A stretch of DNA of 63,819 nt, counting the filler. It is 5 parts of 5 records of this genome, joined end to end, with 100 filler letters (N's around TTAATTAATTAA, not from the genome) between each part and the next. Parts side by side here need not be neighbours in the genome. Positions count along the whole stretch, not along the records: positions 58,719 to 63,819 come from DRR723986_23371; 4 more parts are not named here. One strand, written 5' to 3'. Each line of letters starts with the position of its first letter. The first letter of the stretch is position 1. Both the position numbers and the translations under genes were made by a program. This document shows positions 61,291 to 63,819 of this stretch, piece by piece. The notes beneath the pieces are model-generated. The model made no database searches, was not told the DNA's origin, and saw only the letters and a program-made list of their open reading frames with translations.

Positions 61291-61557
61291 TCACATGAAA
61301 TTCGAAAAATAAACAAGGAACGCAATCAGCGCCAAAGGCACCACATACACCCCCAAGATCAACTTGCGACGGAACGAGGCATCGTATTTTTTCAGCCCCC
61401 GCGCCACAAAAGCCTCGCGGTCGCCGGTCACACCTTTGTTGTCCCAATACGCCTCGAGCTTATTGCGGCGCACGCGGCGGGAATACAACGACACCGCGAT
61501 ATAGATCACCGTCAAGACCACCAACAGGGGGACAAGCAAGCGCAGCATTACAAACAT
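61291..61557 (-). CDS. Small two-TM hypothetical protein
   Basis: TM-soluble-TM, abutting the upstream gene (GTG or ATG start). Confidence 0.75.
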   Translation of the reverse strand: MFVMLRLLVPLLVVLTVIYIAVSLYSRRVRRNKLEAYWDNKGVTGDREAFVARGLKKYDASFRRKLILGVYVVPLALIAFLVYFSNFM

Positions 61558-62901
61558 TTACGGCCTCCTTACAGCGCCCCACGGGCCCACACGGGCAATC
61601 AGATCATCGGTTGGCGCGGACACCTCGCCCTGCATGTCCGGTTCATGACCAAACAGCGCCTCGCGCGCGCCTGCTTTGTCCACCTGATACTCTCGCGCAA
61701 GGAAATCAGCAACATAGGCCTTTTTCGACTCGGGCCAGCCCGCATAGGTGCGATAGAACAGCTCTTTATGACATATAAACAGCTGGCGCACATCCAAGGG
61801 GCACAGTTCCGCCAGCAGCATATTGACCAGATCGCGGTGATCCGTGTCTGCCGCGCGCAGGGTGTAGAAATACGCCGGATGGTCTGAGCTGATCCGCGGC
61901 CACCGCCCGCCCGAGCGTGCCCAGCTCTGGACTTGGGCCAATGCGTGATATTCTTCGGGCAGCTGTTCCACATGGCGGCGCGCCAGTCGGCGCATGTCGC
62001 TGCGATCCAGATCGCTGAGATCAATGCCGGCGTTGGCCGCCGTGTCGATGGTGATGAAATCCATCTTTTGTTGCAGGATCTGGGCCGCATCCACGCCGCG
62101 CGCTTTGACAATGGGTTCGACCAGATCGTTGTAGTCAAAGAATTTGGCAATCCGGTTCCGCTGGCTCAGGTCAAACACGTATTTGATCGGCAGGTCGTCG
62201 TCGGGTTTTTCACCGCTTGCGATGACTGCGGGATGTTCCAGATCCGAAAACAGATAGAGCCCGCCATAATGCGCCGTCCAGAACGCGCCCTGTTCAAACA
62301 GGGTCTGGCTCAGATGCACCGGGTTGCGGGTCACATCGCCGGTCTGTTTCGCCGCGCCGATCATATCTGCGATCAGCACGTCATCGAACCAGGCGTCATC
62401 TTCGGTCTTGAAGCGGTCGACCATATTGCCCAGCTGTGTGGCGGTTTTCAGGGTGCCACCGACGGTGTCGGCCTCGACCTCGACCTTTTTGAGATCAAAA
62501 AGGCGCCGGGGCGAGGTCACTTTGAAGACCGAATTGACCAGCTCCCCGGCGACCGCATCCGTTGCGGTCAGCGCAAACAGCTGGCTTTCGTTGTCCTCAA
62601 CAAACTGGCGCAGGATGTCCCGCGAGGTGGAGAATTTGACATTGAGCAGCGGCGCGCGTTTCTGTTCGGTGGTCAGCAGAATGAACTGCCGGTTGACCCC
62701 ATTGGGGTTGAGGTAAAGCGGATCGCCCAGCTCATCCCCCACTTCGGGGGAATAGCCCGAGATATCGACGTGAAAGTCGGTCAACGCGGTGGTCTTACCG
62801 TTGAGATGCTGCAGCGCGCGGTTATAGCGTTCGATCAGGGCGGGGCTAGAGATGTGGACGAGGTTGCCGAACATCAGGCCGTGTTGGATGAGGCGTTTCA
62901 T
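61558..62901 (-). CDS. Conserved alphaproteobacterial hypothetical protein (DUF6638-like)
   Basis: MKRLI..GLMFGNL, ERYNRAL, DISGYSPE, YLNPNGVNRQFILL, FWTAHYGGLY; host-like codon usage. Confidence 0.75.
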   Translation of the reverse strand: MKRLIQHGLMFGNLVHISSPALIERYNRALQHLNGKTTALTDFHVDISGYSPEVGDELGDPLYLNPNGVNRQFILLTTEQKRAPLLNVKFSTSRDILRQFVEDNESQLFALTATDAVAGELVNSVFKVTSPRRLFDLKKVEVEADTVGGTLKTATQLGNMVDRFKTEDDAWFDDVLIADMIGAAKQTGDVTRNPVHLSQTLFEQGAFWTAHYGGLYLFSDLEHPAVIASGEKPDDDLPIKYVFDLSQRNRIAKFFDYNDLVEPIVKARGVDAAQILQQKMDFITIDTAANAGIDLSDLDRSDMRRLARRHVEQLPEEYHALAQVQSWARSGGRWPRISSDHPAYFYTLRAADTDHRDLVNMLLAELCPLDVRQLFICHKELFYRTYAGWPESKKAYVADFLAREYQVDKAGAREALFGHEPDMQGEVSAPTDDLIARVGPWGAVRRP

Positions 62902-63725
62902 GTTGCTTCAACTGGCTCCCAGAGATGTTTCTTTTCCAAAGCAACCATAATTTCTTTCTTAAGCCCTTGTAAGCGAAGGTTTTGAATACGCACATGCTGT
63001 TCTTCACCAAGCCTGTCACCCAACAACAGTAGCTTATTTATCACAGGAAGGAGTTCTTCAAATACCCGCCCTTCCGGACTGCCAGACAAACGAAAACCTT
63101 GCGCAATTAAATCCTCCACTTCTTGGAACGCCTTTTGCAAACAGATGTAAAACGTTCTAACTTTAGGATCGTCAGAATACTTGAACGGTTTGTCGACAAC
63201 TACTCCAGGAAACTCTGGCCCTTCTGGGTTACTGAATGTCCAGCGACACATTTCGTCAGCTTCAGCTGCTAATGTATTAATTGATGCGATTAACGTCGTA
63301 ATTAGCTGCACTTCCGATACTCGCTTCCTTTGGCGTTGCTCATCTTCAAAAATGTCTGCCTGAACCTTTAGTGATCGTGCCATGTCTTGCGTAGCTTTTC
63401 GCTGTTCCTCCATTTCCTCTTTCTGCAATGTCAGAACACGCCGCTGTTCCCCCAATTCGACCGACTGCAACAACACTGTAGCAATCAACCAAATGAAAGC
63501 GAGAACCCCGGCCAAACCAGCCAACGTATCGCCAACCTCGTTCGGTGGCGCGACCTGTAGGTGCCGCCATTTGGGCGGGCAGTCCCCTTTGGGAAATAGA
63601 TCGGCGTTGCAGGTTTCAGCTAAGCCAAACCAGATGATTAAGCCGACAAAGCCTGCTGTCACCAAACAGGCCCACATGATCGGGTTGTTTACACGCCAAA
63701 AGCCTGCACGTTCAGTATCAGCCAT
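62898..63725 (-). CDS. Hypothetical two-TM + coiled-coil protein with atypical (lower GC) composition
   Basis: GAGGTG RBS before ATG 63725; NEVGDTLAG...AFIWL..TVLLQ..EL..QR...L..Q..E pattern; stop overlaps the next start (ATGA). Confidence 0.7.
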   Translation of the reverse strand: MADTERAGFWRVNNPIMWACLVTAGFVGLIIWFGLAETCNADLFPKGDCPPKWRHLQVAPPNEVGDTLAGLAGVLAFIWLIATVLLQSVELGEQRRVLTLQKEEMEEQRKATQDMARSLKVQADIFEDEQRQRKRVSEVQLITTLIASINTLAAEADEMCRWTFSNPEGPEFPGVVVDKPFKYSDDPKVRTFYICLQKAFQEVEDLIAQGFRLSGSPEGRVFEELLPVINKLLLLGDRLGEEQHVRIQNLRLQGLKKEIMVALEKKHLWEPVEAT

Positions 63726-63760
63726 TCTGCACCTCGTGATTAACTCCAAACGCTCCAATC

Positions 63761-63801
63761 ACCACCCAAGCCCCCTCCCCATGGGGGGAAGGGAGGGGGC
63801 T
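63761..63801. repeat. REP-like GC palindrome
   Basis: AGCCCCCTCCC-N11-GGGAGGGGGCT preceded by CCACCC, resembling alphaproteobacterial CCCTCCCC/GGGGAGGG intergenic repeats. Confidence 0.55.
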
Positions 63802-63819
63802 GCGCGGCAGGGCCGCGCT

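Overview
This window is not one locus. It is five unrelated contigs joined by identical 100-nt artificial spacers (44 N + TTAATTAATTAA + 44 N) at 20394-20493, 27859-27958, 52672-52771 and 58619-58718, so no linkage should be inferred across them. Contig 1 (1-20393) is GC-rich alphaproteobacterial DNA, probably Hyphomonadaceae/Caulobacterales. It carries the eno start, rpmF, an M19 dipeptidase, a CaiB/AMACR-like gene with a histidine phosphatase, a PopA-like degenerate REC-GGDEF protein, mfd, sdhE, recG, DUF502, an LvaAB-like kinase pair, a degenerate DUF3089-like protein, an M20-astA-astD-astB-maiA operon and an OmpA C-terminus. Contig 2 (20494-27858) is a Rhodobacteraceae-type sox cluster (soxTRS/VW/XYZAB') plus a sulfatase fragment. 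Contig 3 (27959-52671) is AT-rich Flavobacteriaceae housekeeping DNA (gap, htrA, dapF, mltG, dnaA, ribD, prmC, ligA, dapA, bamD'). Contig 4 (52772-58618) is an aerobic benzoate (box) cluster. Contig 5 (58719-63819) has a GT14-like gene and an uncharacterised DUF6638/DUF1523 operon preceded by a compositionally foreign membrane gene next to a REP-like hairpin. No CRISPR, rRNA, tRNA or transposase was recognised. The best leads are a structured intergenic RNA candidate (1808-1901), the PopA-like c-di-GMP effector, the LvaAB-like pair, the DUF6638 operon with its inserted gene, and readable operator motifs (SoxR ATTC-N8-GAAT, BoxR TGCA-N6-TGCA, phased TTTAAC repeats). Family assignments come from recalled motifs, not from database searches.
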